A DNA stretch of 56,577 nt, filler included, from Dimargaris cristalligena (taxonomy: Eukaryota), in NCBI GenBank assembly GCA_003614675.1. It is 2 parts of 2 records of this genome, joined end to end, with 100 filler letters (N's around TTAATTAATTAA, not from the genome) between each part and the next. Parts side by side here need not be neighbours in the genome. Positions count along the whole stretch, not along the records: positions 1 to 28,276 come from ML002502.1; positions 28,377 to 56,577 come from ML002503.1. The stretch is one strand, 5' to 3'. Position 1 is the stretch's first letter; each line of letters starts with the position of its first letter. Below the pieces are notes generated by a model. It had not been told where the DNA came from, ran no database searches, and worked only from the letters and a program-made list of their open reading frames with translations. The translations under genes were made by a program, and so were the position numbers. Positions 19,158 to 30,431 of the stretch are shown piece by piece.

Positions 19158-22124
19158 CTATTCCGATTTCGGATGTGGCTTCCTGTGGTTAGTCCGCATG
19201 GACTCGTTCCAAATGGGCAATACATGGGGGTAGTAGTTTGTGAGATGTGCGGTGATGCCATCGATCAATTCGAAATTACGCCGTACGCTTTCCAATGACA
19301 GGAGAAGGTCAAACGTTTCCCGGGTGGGGGCAATCCCAACGGCCTGCGGGCCCGCTAGTCCACTTTCGCCCATGGCCACGAGGGTTGGCAAAATCAAGTC
19401 AGTTTGTCTGAACCTGGCGCGACACGTCAGCAATTGGTGGTAATTAAGTAAACTAAACACCAGGCCCGATTCACGGGCCCAGGCAACAACTTCGTCCACC
19501 CGATCCCGCTGACCCAGTCGTTGGGCCGCTTTAAGTAAAATGGTGACACTCTTGTGGTTTAAAGACCCCCTTGACGCTTTCATATCCTTCCACACTTCCA
19601 AACAGGCCCGGGCCCAGGGTTTACCAAACCCCGACAGGGCATTCAAAAACGACGTGTAGGTGTTGATGGCGGTCTCATCGGCCGGGTTGGCCGTCGATGG
19701 GGTAGTTTCGGAGGACGGGGTAGGGGTACCATCCAGTGACCGGGCATTTGGTGACGCCGTTCCTGATTGGAGAACTTTCCAGCATTTATAGCCCGATTTA
19801 AGTATCTCCGGGGCACGGTGCAGGTAGCAGGTCTGCGCAAAGCGGATCCAAACCGATCCCCTATAATCGGGGAAATCGACATGGCACTGGCGCACTAGTG
19901 TCACTGCCTGAATACTTTCCTTGAGTTGAATATAGACGGGTATCATCGTATAGTAGGTAGCGTGATTGGGACGGTATAGCGCCGAGGGATCCTTGTGACA
20001 GACGCTGACCCAGTATTCAAATTCATCGGCGGCCTGGCGTAACCGACCCAGCGTAACTAGACCCTTGAGAATAGCATTTTGAGTGGACGCGTCCTCCCGG
20101 ATCTTAGCGAAGCGCATCCGGCGGCGAAGCCCGGATACCGCCAGGCTATCCCCGCGACCGGCGAAGCTTTCGATGAGACGATTAAACACGTTCACGGTGG
20201 GAGCCAATCCCTGTTGATCCATCGTGTCCAGGACCTTTAGAGCCTCGTCCGCCTGCCCCGTTTGGCAAAGACCGGTGATGATCGCCAGGTAATTGATCGC
20301 GGTGGGGTTAATCCCGCGACTGGGCATGAGGCGAAGCATCTTGAGAGCCGCGTCCAGGTGTCCGTTTTCGCACCAATAGCTCATCCATTGGCTGCAGATG
20401 TGGGGATTCCAGCCCACCGAACTCGCAAGCCAGTCTTGCTTAAGAATTTGGAGGCGTGCTGAATCCCGGCGTTTCATAAGCAGCGAAAACAAGATGGAAT
20501 AGGTGTAGTGGTCGGGAACAGGTACGCGATCCCCGGGGCTGGCTGTGGCCGTCGAATGGGTACTCCGCCTAGAAGTGGCCAAAGGCGAGGACCGCATGCG
20601 GAAATAGAGTCGCCAGAGGGCATCAATCTGACCAGTATGGCCCAGGGCCCATATAATCATATTATAAGTCTGAACATCCTTAAGGATGGGGGACTGGAGA
20701 ATTTCCAGGGATAGCTCTCGGGCACGGTCCCGGTGGCCCAATCTGGTATGGGCAATCAACAAGGGCCCATAAATATAAGCATTGGGGGCTAAGCCGACGG
20801 CCTTCATTTCGTCTAGGTACCGGTCAGCCTGCGGTAAAGTCCGGGGATCCTTCGTTGAAATATGCACCAGGATGCCGTAGTGAAATACCCGGGGTATGAG
20901 GTTCCACTGTTTAATGGTGGTCATGAGGGGGTAGATACGTTGGTATTGGCCCGTTCGCGCATAGTAGCTGAAGAAATAGTCAAACGAGGCCGCGGCGGGG
21001 ACAATGCCTCGCTGGGCCAGGCGTTCAATACATTCCCAGGCCTGATCCGGGCGCTCTGCCGCCATGAGGGCACACACAATCAACTCTAGATCGTCTAAGG
21101 TGAGCAATGGCTCAGCTGATGGCCGGGTTTCAGGTGGATGCACCGCCGATGTTTCCGAATTCAACGTGCCACTACTAGCCTCGGGGACGGTCGAAACGGG
21201 GTTGGGGTTGTCGGTGCGATGCCCACCACTGATGGAAGCGGTGTTCGTATGGGTACGCTGCTCCAGACCCAGAGAAACATCGAGGGCACTCACCCAGTCC
21301 CGACATAACTGCTCGATCCGCTCTCGCCACTGGGCATTAAACCCGTAATGGCCCAACGTTGGTGGTCGGGTGAAATACTCGCCCGACTCGATTCGCCGAA
21401 GCTGCATGTTTCGGTCAATCGCTTCGGGATGGAGCTGGTCCGGTGTTCCCGGCTCGGTGGTCTGGGTCTGGGCCCCGATAATATCCCTGGGTTTCTGCAC
21501 CCCGGCCTTCAGGATCAGAGTCAGTAATTGATTATAAGTGCTTCGCGTTATCATTCGGTTCTGCCCACTTTCCTTGAGCCTCTGGTAGCGGCTCCAAAGG
21601 GCTTCAGCATCGGAAAACACCAGCGTGGCTAGGCGGAATTGGTCGCTTGTGATGGCCCTGTTACCCCCGGTGAACCTCAATTGCGCTGGTATTGGTTGGG
21701 GGTCGGGGTTAGATCCGGGCTCGGGCTTATAAAAACTATCCGGTTCAAATAAGCAAAGTTGGGAAGAGTTACCCTGGCCCACTTTCGGATAATGCTGGGT
21801 AGAAGGCCTTGTGTGTTTGCTGTCCGACAATGGTGGCGCAGTAATAGTTGCGGATAGCGTCTTGAGAAAGCCAAGTTGCTCAACGCCGTCGCCAGTTGAA
21901 GTGGCGGTACCTGTAGTAGAGGGCGAAGGCCTCGCCTTTGAAGAACGGGATAATGGTAGAGTTCCTTGCCGCTGGGTCTCGAGTGGCGGATCGTAGCCCT
22001 TATTCGGGAAATAGCGTGGCCGCTTGGGGGGAATCGATTTAGTCGCTTGGACAGGTAGAGAATTGGAGAAAGCCCGTCGACCTTGAACCCAAGGGATTCG
22101 CAGAGGCGACGAATGCGAAGCCAT
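19158..22124 (-). CDS. Pentatricopeptide-repeat protein, probably mitochondrial
   Basis: 988-aa intronless ORF with multiple 35-aa PPR motifs (e.g. NYLAIITGLCQTGQADEALKVLDTMDQQGLAPTVN and TYNMIIWALGHTGQ). Basic N-terminus resembling a presequence (RRAFSNS). Confidence 0.88.
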   Translation of the reverse strand: MASHSSPLRIPWVQGRRAFSNSLPVQATKSIPPKRPRYFPNKGYDPPLETQRQGTLPLSRSSKARPSPSTTGTATSTGDGVEQLGFLKTLSATITAPPLSDSKHTRPSTQHYPKVGQGNSSQLCLFEPDSFYKPEPGSNPDPQPIPAQLRFTGGNRAITSDQFRLATLVFSDAEALWSRYQRLKESGQNRMITRSTYNQLLTLILKAGVQKPRDIIGAQTQTTEPGTPDQLHPEAIDRNMQLRRIESGEYFTRPPTLGHYGFNAQWRERIEQLCRDWVSALDVSLGLEQRTHTNTASISGGHRTDNPNPVSTVPEASSGTLNSETSAVHPPETRPSAEPLLTLDDLELIVCALMAAERPDQAWECIERLAQRGIVPAAASFDYFFSYYARTGQYQRIYPLMTTIKQWNLIPRVFHYGILVHISTKDPRTLPQADRYLDEMKAVGLAPNAYIYGPLLIAHTRLGHRDRARELSLEILQSPILKDVQTYNMIIWALGHTGQIDALWRLYFRMRSSPLATSRRSTHSTATASPGDRVPVPDHYTYSILFSLLMKRRDSARLQILKQDWLASSVGWNPHICSQWMSYWCENGHLDAALKMLRLMPSRGINPTAINYLAIITGLCQTGQADEALKVLDTMDQQGLAPTVNVFNRLIESFAGRGDSLAVSGLRRRMRFAKIREDASTQNAILKGLVTLGRLRQAADEFEYWVSVCHKDPSALYRPNHATYYTMIPVYIQLKESIQAVTLVRQCHVDFPDYRGSVWIRFAQTCYLHRAPEILKSGYKCWKVLQSGTASPNARSLDGTPTPSSETTPSTANPADETAINTYTSFLNALSGFGKPWARACLEVWKDMKASRGSLNHKSVTILLKAAQRLGQRDRVDEVVAWARESGLVFSLLNYHQLLTCRARFRQTDLILPTLVAMGESGLAGPQAVGIAPTRETFDLLLSLESVRRNFELIDGITAHLTNYYPHVLPIWNESMRTNHRKPHPKSE

Positions 22125-22588
22125 AGTACTCGGGAATGGTCGGTTTATCGGTTCGACAAGTAAATCGCCAGAAATAGAATGTTGAGCGAATGCGGAACTT
22201 TGTCAATGAGGTTGAAGAAAATTGAAAAACTGTAAAGCGGACACCCCAGTCGAATGGGAACTATTGACTGTAAAAGGTATGTCCCATAGCATACTCCAAC
22301 TTTTGGATACAAATGGTGACAAAAATTTCAACGGGCCAGCAACTTGGGCCAATAATGTAAAAGGCGTATTCCCAAGTCCCGCGGCAATGGCATCAACCGT
22401 AGAACACTCCAGGGCGCCAGCATAGCACATTACGATTGATTATTTAATCATTATCTAATGCATTAGGGTTGATCGCGGATAATTTATTGGTGGAATAAAG
22501 GAATGCACAGTTTCCATTAAAATAAAACACAGTAGTACCTGGTATACCAAGGAACGAGGCTTGCAAGTCGCACCTCCCCCCAAAAAAA

Positions 22589-24559
22589 TTACCGCCGGTA
22601 AAAATGGCGTTTAAAGCGGAAATAGAGCTTCAGAACACCCCGATCAAACACGTTACGGAAGCCACGCCGGGGGGTCCGTTCCCATTGTTTGTTGATGATC
22701 CGGAAGGCCACGTCTTCGTAAGGTGGTCCCGCGGTAAACCGCAGTATAACCGTTTCGTCGGACTCTGGGTCGGGCTCAATGGTGTACGAAGGAGTCACCG
22801 ACTTGTCAATAAGGTCTGGGTAAAATATATTGAACTTGTAGCCTTGCACAATCTTAGGGGGCGGGTTATCGACATCGTAGTGGGTCCGATTGAACTGGTT
22901 CCATTCGTAGCCCGAGTGGATCCGGTTAAAGTAGCGGGGTTTCCGGGGACGGTATTTGTCTTGCCAGAGGTAGACGGCCGGCTTGACGGGTTTGGCCTCA
23001 TCGGTAAAGGCAATTTCGTTCTCACCCAGGCCCTTTTGCATTTCTTCCCGATACAGTTGGGCCGTAGCATCCGATCCATCGGCGGCCCCGGAAGCGGCAG
23101 CCTGCATTCGGCCGCCTTTTTTAGGGACAAATTGTTGATTAAGCACCCGGAGTCGAGCAGCATGAAGGTTGCGGGCGTCGTCGGCAACAGTTAATAGTGG
23201 AATGTCCCGGAGATCCCGGGACACTTCGGCTACCAACCGCGGGCTCATCGTAGGCCGGTAGTGGTAGTTCTTGGATTCGTCGGGCTCCGCGGGAACTCCC
23301 GTTGCGCCCGGTGGTGCGTCGCCACCATCATCACCCAACGTCGGTGTTGTGGCAGCTACGTCCTCTCCATCCGGTATTTCCACTTCAGCTTCCAAATCCT
23401 CCTGCTCGCGCAGGGCTTCCCGGACCTGTTTCTCACGCAACTGGCCCAGTCGTTTTTGTAGGAGGGCCTCGTGCATATCGTGCAAGCGCGCAATGGCCAG
23501 GTGTACTTTTAAATACCCCCGCACGGTTTCCCAGTAATCCATATCCACGGGGTCTTGACCGGCTAGTTTGGCGTTAATCTGGGCCTCAAGAGCAAGGAGC
23601 TGCTCGTGGTTTTTGCCAGTGAAAATTCCCGCCACGTTTTCCCGGTTCGGGCCAACGGGGTCGGTATTCGACTTGGGGTTCAACTGATCAATCTTGTCCT
23701 GGCAGACCGTACGTAGACAGTTCCAGAATTCCACCTGATCCGCTTCCCGGGCAAGGGAGAAGTGGAATTCGATATCCTGGAGTAATTCCTGGGCGTCCGC
23801 CAGGTTCAGATGTTCGAAAATAATGGTTGGTTCATTCACGTCGATTTCAATATCCAGCTCATCGTCCTCTTCGTCGTCACCGAGGCCTTTATTGGTATTC
23901 TCACTCTCGGGATCCCGACTGGCTAGCCGCAGATTCATGGCCAGGATATCAATAGGCTGGGCCCGGCCGGCCTTGATGCGAATGGCGGCCCGCTGGCGCG
24001 CCTGGTCCCGGAGGAACTCTTGCTCCCGCGTTTGCCAGTCCCCCAGCGCCGCCGCCTCCGACTCCCGTTGCATCCGCTCTTGGTCCTCTTCCCGCTGCTG
24101 CTGCTCTGCTTCCCGTTCGGCCTTGCGCTGGGCCAATCGCTCCAGCTCGGCCGCGGCTTCGATGCGCCGGGCTTCCTCCAACCGGCGACGCTCTTTAGAA
24201 CTAATACCTAATTCGCGGTCCAGCTCCTTCTTCTTTTTCCAAACAAATGTGCCGCTGGGGGGAGTATAGGAGGTGGTACTGCTGGCATGGACGAGAGGTC
24301 CACCACTCACTCCGCCGGTGGCACTCAACGGGACAGGAGTGCCGGTAGCGGTGGGGGCGGGCTTCGGTTCCACGGCTACAGATGGGTGGGGCCGATCGTG
24401 GGAATGGCGGGAGCGCACAGCCCTCCGGGGGGACCTGGAAGAAGAGACATGGCGACGACGCGACGAACGACTTGACCGTGGGCGAGGGGACCGCGAGGAG
24501 CGCCGGCTGGAACGGTGATGTCGAGAGCGACTGGGTGACCGTGACCGGGAGCGGGGCAT
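22589..24559 (-). CDS. CACTIN: Cactin (spliceosome-associated factor; S. pombe Cay1 homologue)
   Basis: RS-rich N-terminus, FVWKKK, IRIKAGRAQPID, and the C-terminal domain WQDKYRPRKPRYFNRIHSGYEWN..THYDVDNPPPKIVQGYKFNIFYPDLIDK...AGPPYEDVAFRI. Confidence 0.95.
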   Translation of the reverse strand: MPRSRSRSPSRSRHHRSSRRSSRSPRPRSSRSSRRRHVSSSRSPRRAVRSRHSHDRPHPSVAVEPKPAPTATGTPVPLSATGGVSGGPLVHASSTTSYTPPSGTFVWKKKKELDRELGISSKERRRLEEARRIEAAAELERLAQRKAEREAEQQQREEDQERMQRESEAAALGDWQTREQEFLRDQARQRAAIRIKAGRAQPIDILAMNLRLASRDPESENTNKGLGDDEEDDELDIEIDVNEPTIIFEHLNLADAQELLQDIEFHFSLAREADQVEFWNCLRTVCQDKIDQLNPKSNTDPVGPNRENVAGIFTGKNHEQLLALEAQINAKLAGQDPVDMDYWETVRGYLKVHLAIARLHDMHEALLQKRLGQLREKQVREALREQEDLEAEVEIPDGEDVAATTPTLGDDGGDAPPGATGVPAEPDESKNYHYRPTMSPRLVAEVSRDLRDIPLLTVADDARNLHAARLRVLNQQFVPKKGGRMQAAASGAADGSDATAQLYREEMQKGLGENEIAFTDEAKPVKPAVYLWQDKYRPRKPRYFNRIHSGYEWNQFNRTHYDVDNPPPKIVQGYKFNIFYPDLIDKSVTPSYTIEPDPESDETVILRFTAGPPYEDVAFRIINKQWERTPRRGFRNVFDRGVLKLYFRFKRHFYRR

Positions 24560-24790
24560 GGAAGATGTGAGACAGGAAGTTAAGAATGAATAAATGGCGC
24601 GTTAAATAATAATAACAAGGCGTAAGCTTATAATAAAATCTAAATGTGTTCTAATGAAGGTTGACGGGCAAAAAGTCCATCACTACTGTGTACGGTCCTA
24701 AAAATAGCATATGCGAATGGCTGCATAGAGTAGAAACGGCCCCCAAGCCAACATGTGGCTGAGATACCGGCCATACATCTTGTTTTATAT

Positions 24791-24926
24791 GGGTGAAATC
24801 CGACCCAGCTGTATAATGGTTTAAATGATAAGTGTATGTGATAATATATGGGAGATTTATTTTTAACCAGTAATATTTGCTTCATCTAACGGATTTTTCG
24901 TTATACAGCTCGGCTGAACCTCTCCC
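24791..24926. mobile_element. MITE-like element, copy E (best preserved, 136 bp)
   Basis: ATAT|GGGTGAAATCCGACCCAGCTGTATAA ... TTATACAGCTCGGCTGAACCTCTCCC|ATAT. 26-bp imperfect TIRs and a perfect ATAT on both flanks. Confidence 0.8.
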
Positions 24927-27499
24927 ATATTAATGTATCCATGCTGGTTAGTGCTGCTACACACACTATCATACCCAAATATTGCCAAATTACCTCTCAC
25001 TCTAATTAGTCGTATAGTGTATTCGAAGTGTTTATCGACTCTGGATATATTTTTTAGCGGCTAAGGGACGAGAATGAATCGAGGGATCATTCATTGACCA
25101 TCCATACCATAGTAATGGGTTGGGTTAACTTTTATAGGATGGACAAAGAATTGCTGGCCTAGTTTGGCTATAATTTGCATCCGTTTGCTTCTTTCATGGC
25201 CCAAACCAATACCTTTCCAACTCAAAGAAAGTAGGGTTGTGCTTATTAGATTCTCAGTGTAGCTGCCAGCAGAATTGAAGCCCTCGCTCCCCCAATTTTA
25301 GCCTCCCTTTGACAACATCTTTAGAAGCAAACATTGCAAGATCCAGTTGATTTTAGCAACCCTTGGACATCGTTCAGTAGCGTGTTGTTCTGGAATATTT
25401 CCGTTTCTTCCGGAACGTTTAGACATTAATAGCCAACAAAGTCTTTCTTTATATAACGTTCGGAACCCAAAAGTATAATTTTTTTATACTAAGTTTATTA
25501 TTCGCTAAAATAATAAATCTAGAGCCGCTTTTTTTATTTGGTGTATTACTCTTTTTAACAAAGCGGGAGGTGATATTGTGGCTTGTTTATCACTAAAACC
25601 GCTATATCGTAAATCAACACCCTTGATTCACCATCATACCAAATAACTATACCCTCCCTGCGAATTTAGGTATGAAATCCCAAAACCTTCGCCCCGGCAA
25701 ACGAATAGACACCGTTGTCCAACTTCTGGATTATGTCTATACATGTATGCTATTGAAAAAAACCAAGTTGGGGAAGTAGGGTGCCCAATTCGGGCGACTA
25801 TATTTATAGCAGGCTACTATAGTATAACGCCAGGCTTAGTATCTCACTGTCGGAATACTTTATCCTACCATTCACAAAGCTTCAGCGATGCCAGCGGCAT
25901 ATCATTCAGCAAAGTAAGCTTTGCGTTCTCCATTAGTAGCAGGGAGTTGGGATGGGCTATGTTATGAATAGTCAGTGGGTCTATTGATCGGCAGTTAATT
26001 CGATCTGGTAGGGTTTAGCTGGATCTACTAGTAGTACATTGCAATACCCAGCTGGTATATATTTCCCCATGTAGTGTATGTAGAGGGTTTCACGGCAGGG
26101 TCTAGTTGGCAGCTCCGGTCTTAGCATCTTTATGTGCCGACTGACCATATATTTCTGGGTGCTTTTCCGTATATTCATCGTAGCTACAGCATTTAGTAGA
26201 TTCTACCAATCTAGACTCCCCGTAGCAGCCCTACTCCAGTATTTGGCGATATAGGCAGAGGCTTAGGTAATAGCATCGGCATAATATGCCCAACCTAACC
26301 CCACTATTAACCTAATATAATACAGTTGACCGTCAACCCCAATGCTACAATTTGGCAAGTCGACAAAGTGAGCGGGTGTGTATAGTTACCATCCCTTACC
26401 CATTTCCTAACATGCATTACCGACTAGTTTAGTGTCCTCTAATAGATGGGTGAAATTAACGTAGAACTACAGCCCAGTAACCCATATCTGGATGGTGTCT
26501 GCCAAAGTGCAGAGCAGATCTCTATTGCTATTTTTTGTATCATTTTATTCTAATTGAACAAATGCCCAATTAATGAATACAGTAGTTTACCGTGTAGTAA
26601 AGGATAAAGGCCGATAATTAAGTAGCTGATATGGGGGCGCAGCTATCTTTAACGCTGCATGATATCTTCTAGTATTTCAGTCAAATTGGAATTACTCGAC
26701 CTATACTTCCAGCTTTAGAACATAAGTATATAGAAATAGCACATAAACTCCTTTGGAGATAAATCTACTGCTTGATTATTTGACTACTACCAGCCCCGCC
26801 GATAGTGGATTAATCCACTCGACCTTGATTTGAGGAGCGCAAAGAGGTGGCCAGGAAAAGTGCATAGCCCTATAATACTTATGCTTCATTTAGGTTAGAG
26901 AAGCCTTTGGTTTCTGATTACCAGAACTGGCAAATTAGTGTGGCAGGAATACAAATCACGTGACTATAATTAAGGCTTTCGCTTTCCTGGAGCAACCACC
27001 GCCTCAGTCTCTCTCCTCTTCTCTGGCTGGCTACACTGGGATATTATTACCCTGCAATAAGAGGGACCAATCCATTAGTATGGGTTACTAAGCCGCACAG
27101 CTAAATGTTAACTACTGTTTGTAGCTGAAATAATACTCTACGGAAAGAAAAAAAAGAGAGAGAGGCAAAACGACCCGATGAATTCTCTCGTATACATTGA
27201 GGATTTTTTCTTCTAATATCCGCCGAAATTTTTTCGTACAAGTTAATTAATCGGCCGGCCTCGAGACGTAGTCGTTAGGTGTCCGTTGGAACTGTAATCT
27301 CTGCCAATTCAATCAAGGTGCCTTTTTTTCATATTTGTTTCTTGATACTTTGACTTGATTGCCTTGGACGCCCCATACTTTCACCGGTTCATTTCCATAC
27401 TCTGCCCGTCTGACCAGGCGAGCCTTGCGTTTAGTGTCCTTCGCCATATCTCCTAGCCTCTACGGTACCCCACGGCTGTTTCTCCCTTTTTAAACTCCA

Positions 27500-27986
27500 A
27501 TGGCAGGTACTGACATGAATGTGGACGGGCCCTCCAGCACTAACCTGGGCCAAAGAAAGCATAGCAGCAAGGCGGGTGTCTCTGCCTCAACCGCCCAGGC
27601 CTCGAAAGGTTCCCGCAAAGACCGCACGGCTGCTGCCAACACCACTACCGTGGTAAAGCGCTATCAGTCCATGGCAAACAATGCCCGGAATATAGTGCCC
27701 CCTCCCCACGATCCCCCTTCCTGTGTCAACATCCGTTCTCCGGAGCCCCAGTTGGACTACGCGGACCTGGCTGATTGTTCCAAGTCGGCGGTTAATGTAA
27801 AGAATCTCCTGAAGATCCGGGCCCCGCCCGTTCAGCCGGCCCTCAGCTATCGCGATAACTTGCTGACCCGCGCTTGGTTCCCCGTAGACGAGCAGGACAC
27901 TAGCTCGTCCGATGACTCGCTGGTTTTCACTCAGCGTTCGGGCGGTGCTATTAGCCCCGATGGCTGCTATTTTTCATCGACTCCAA
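27500..27986 (+). CDS. Hypothetical protein, probable first exon (GTAAGT at 27987); the remainder is lost in or after the gap
   Basis: ATG in a GC-rich, coding-like stretch after a pyrimidine-rich leader. Composition shifts to AT-rich after a GTAAGT donor. No recognisable domain. Confidence 0.4.
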
Positions 27987-28275
27987 GTAAGTGTCGGAAT
28001 ATATCACACCAGACCAGACCAAGGGGAATTACAGACCCGATGGATCTTGGCGTTGGTCGTATATGTTTATGGACCTGGGTATCTCTTAAATGTAATTTAC
28101 CTATCATCATGGATAGTACAAAGCTGAACCGAGATTCTCATTCATTCTCAATATACCACTATATCCTTTGTTTTGTTATTTACATCCTTGTTTCATTGTA
28201 CCATCCCTCCGCTTGTCAGATACCTTCTCCTGTGCAAGGGTTTTATCGTTAGTGTGTACACCGTACCCGGCGTCA

Positions 28276-28376
28276 ANNNNNNNNNNNNNNNNNNNNNNNN
28301 NNNNNNNNNNNNNNNNNNNNTTAATTAATTAANNNNNNNNNNNNNNNNNNNNNNNNNNNNNNNNNNNNNNNNNNNN
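28276..28376. other. Assembly gap with an artificial TTAATTAATTAA spacer
   Basis: N-runs flank TTAATTAATTAA (28321-28332), which places stop codons in all frames. Confidence 0.95.
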
Positions 28377-29850
28377 TATAATAATAGAAAAAACAATATA
28401 GTAATGAAAATGGAGGAAAAATGACTATACTTGTCAGGGGCAGGGGCTCATTCACTTGTCAGGGGCATACTTCTGATAAGTGCGAAAAATGGATTAAAAA
28501 TAAAAGTAGGTAAAAAATGTGGTAAGTTTACCACAGGAACATTCAGTACTTGAGGGTTGGGGATTCCTGCAGGACGACTGGGGGAATCACCAGACTGGTC
28601 CTGAGGACATCCTGGTGACCTGGGCCTGGGAATTGGTGCCGCCAAAGTTTGTAGTTCTTGGGGAGGTGGCACAACAAAAATTATTACAATGTTGGGTAAT
28701 ATAAATAGTAATAAAATAAAAATATAAAAGAAATAATACCCTTGGGTACTCGAAAATAACTAAAACCTAATCAAACCTCCACAGAAGTGCTACTGGGTGA
28801 ATTCTTCAGCCTTAACTAAAAAGGTGTGTTTATTAATAAGATATTCCACTGAGTATTTATACTAAAACTTGGGGATTATAAAATGATTCATACTAAGGAC
28901 TAAAGAACTAAATTCAGACTAATGGTAAGAGATAATAAAAGGGTTAGACCCATTTGTATAACCAAAACAAAACTAAAGACAAGGGTCTTTGAACTATAAC
29001 ATTGGTTTTACATGGTAAACTATTTGTTAGTATCATCAAAACAATGGTAAAGAAGGGAACTTTGAACTAATAATTGGCTAGGGCTAAAGTTATACCCATT
29101 GGTATAACTAAAACAAAGGTATAAATGATATAAATAAACTTATAATAGGTTAAAGGAATAACTGATACTCATTGATAGAGTACAGTAAGGGTATAAATGT
29201 GATACTTGGAATAGTAATCCAATCAAAAATATACATATAATCATTGTATAATAATAATAACTTATCAAAGGGAAAACTTAGGCTAGCAGTACCAATTCCT
29301 TGACTAATTTCCTAATTATACATGGTGGTTTCAATAAAAGAGGAGAAATAAATAGGACAATATCAAATACTACTATAGCTATTTGGCTACATTACAACAA
29401 TGGTTGTTGTGACAGGTACTGAACACCTTTAAGTTTTGGTGATGTCACTGACAATGTACCTCATAACCATTAATCAAATTATCACCTTTTTACTATATTT
29501 AGTTTAGTTTATCAATTTTAATATTATATTATATCCATATTCATCTATTACTTTATATATCATTTGTGCAGCCTATTTCCCTTTTATCTTAAGTATTCAA
29601 TAGCAGAACTGGTGTAGATATAATTATCCATTATGCCTACAGTTCTTCGACTATTTCGGACTATTGATTATTATTTACTAGTGTCTAGGTATTTTTCGCT
29701 ATTCTATAGCTATTGGGACTTTTTATTTATTTCGCTTCATCAAGTTTTTCCCATCACTGTACAAAAAAAAAACTTAAAATAATTAAGCTTTATAAACTAA
29801 TCAGTAATCATGTGATTTGATGAAAAATTTCAGAAATTTCGGCTAGAGCT
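28377..29850. mobile_element. AT-rich, CpG-depleted degenerate sequence; possible silenced transposon relic
   Basis: No CG dinucleotide seen from 28753 to 29647, no long ORF, and it abuts the assembly gap. The family is not identifiable. Confidence 0.4.
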
Positions 29851-30431
29851 CAGACAAGCCATATTATACTAAGGGTTACTTCTGGGTTGCAACATTCTAT
29901 TAACTAATATTTCTTGGCCATACCGTTTGACTGTTGGGCCATTTAAACCGTTGACTATTTTATTATATGGTTATAGTCGATATTACTCAGTATATAGCTG
30001 TGGCAGCCGATTAATAAAAATTTGCAGGAAAATACTAGCGAAACACCACCCAGTTGTATTGCAACATGAGTGCGATCACTTTAAGGAAATGGCAGTGTAT
30101 GTCTAGCTTTTATTGTTACAAACTAACCCATATAATAGACGCTTTATTATATTGCTAGGTTGAATTCCACCAGCGTTTTCCTCAAGGCCACTCCCGCCCG
30201 TGTACTATATGCATTGGTGATTCATCCCATATACAGTGCTCTGATTTGTCTTAGTGATGGACATTTTATAGGTAATTACAAAGAAACAGTCAAGGGTGCT
30301 TCAACACCACAATTGCCAATGACTTACAAGGATACAGAATCGTATGATATAGGAGGGGTGCATTTCAATCTCTCATAATAGACATTGGTGCCTTCCGGGG
30401 CATTGTCCCGCCACTGTTAATCCGCCCAGCG

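Noticed and set aside
22604..23194. Long antisense ORFs over cactin, and similarly over IFM1 (52005-52676, 53582-54418) and the MCFD2-like gene (32066-32503)
   Set aside because: Shadow ORFs caused by GC-rich codon usage on the coding strand.
26955..26965. ATCACGTGAC (CDEI/E-box) near an AT-rich tract as a point centromere
   Set aside because: No adjacent CDEII/CDEIII. Point centromeres are restricted to Saccharomycetaceae, and this is a common bHLH site.
24930..27200. 2.3-kb intergenic region that might hide a decayed gene
   Set aside because: No consistent reading frame, splice pattern or repeat that I could support.
28321..28332. TTAATTAATTAA as a biological palindrome
   Set aside because: It is embedded in N-runs and is a scaffolding spacer.
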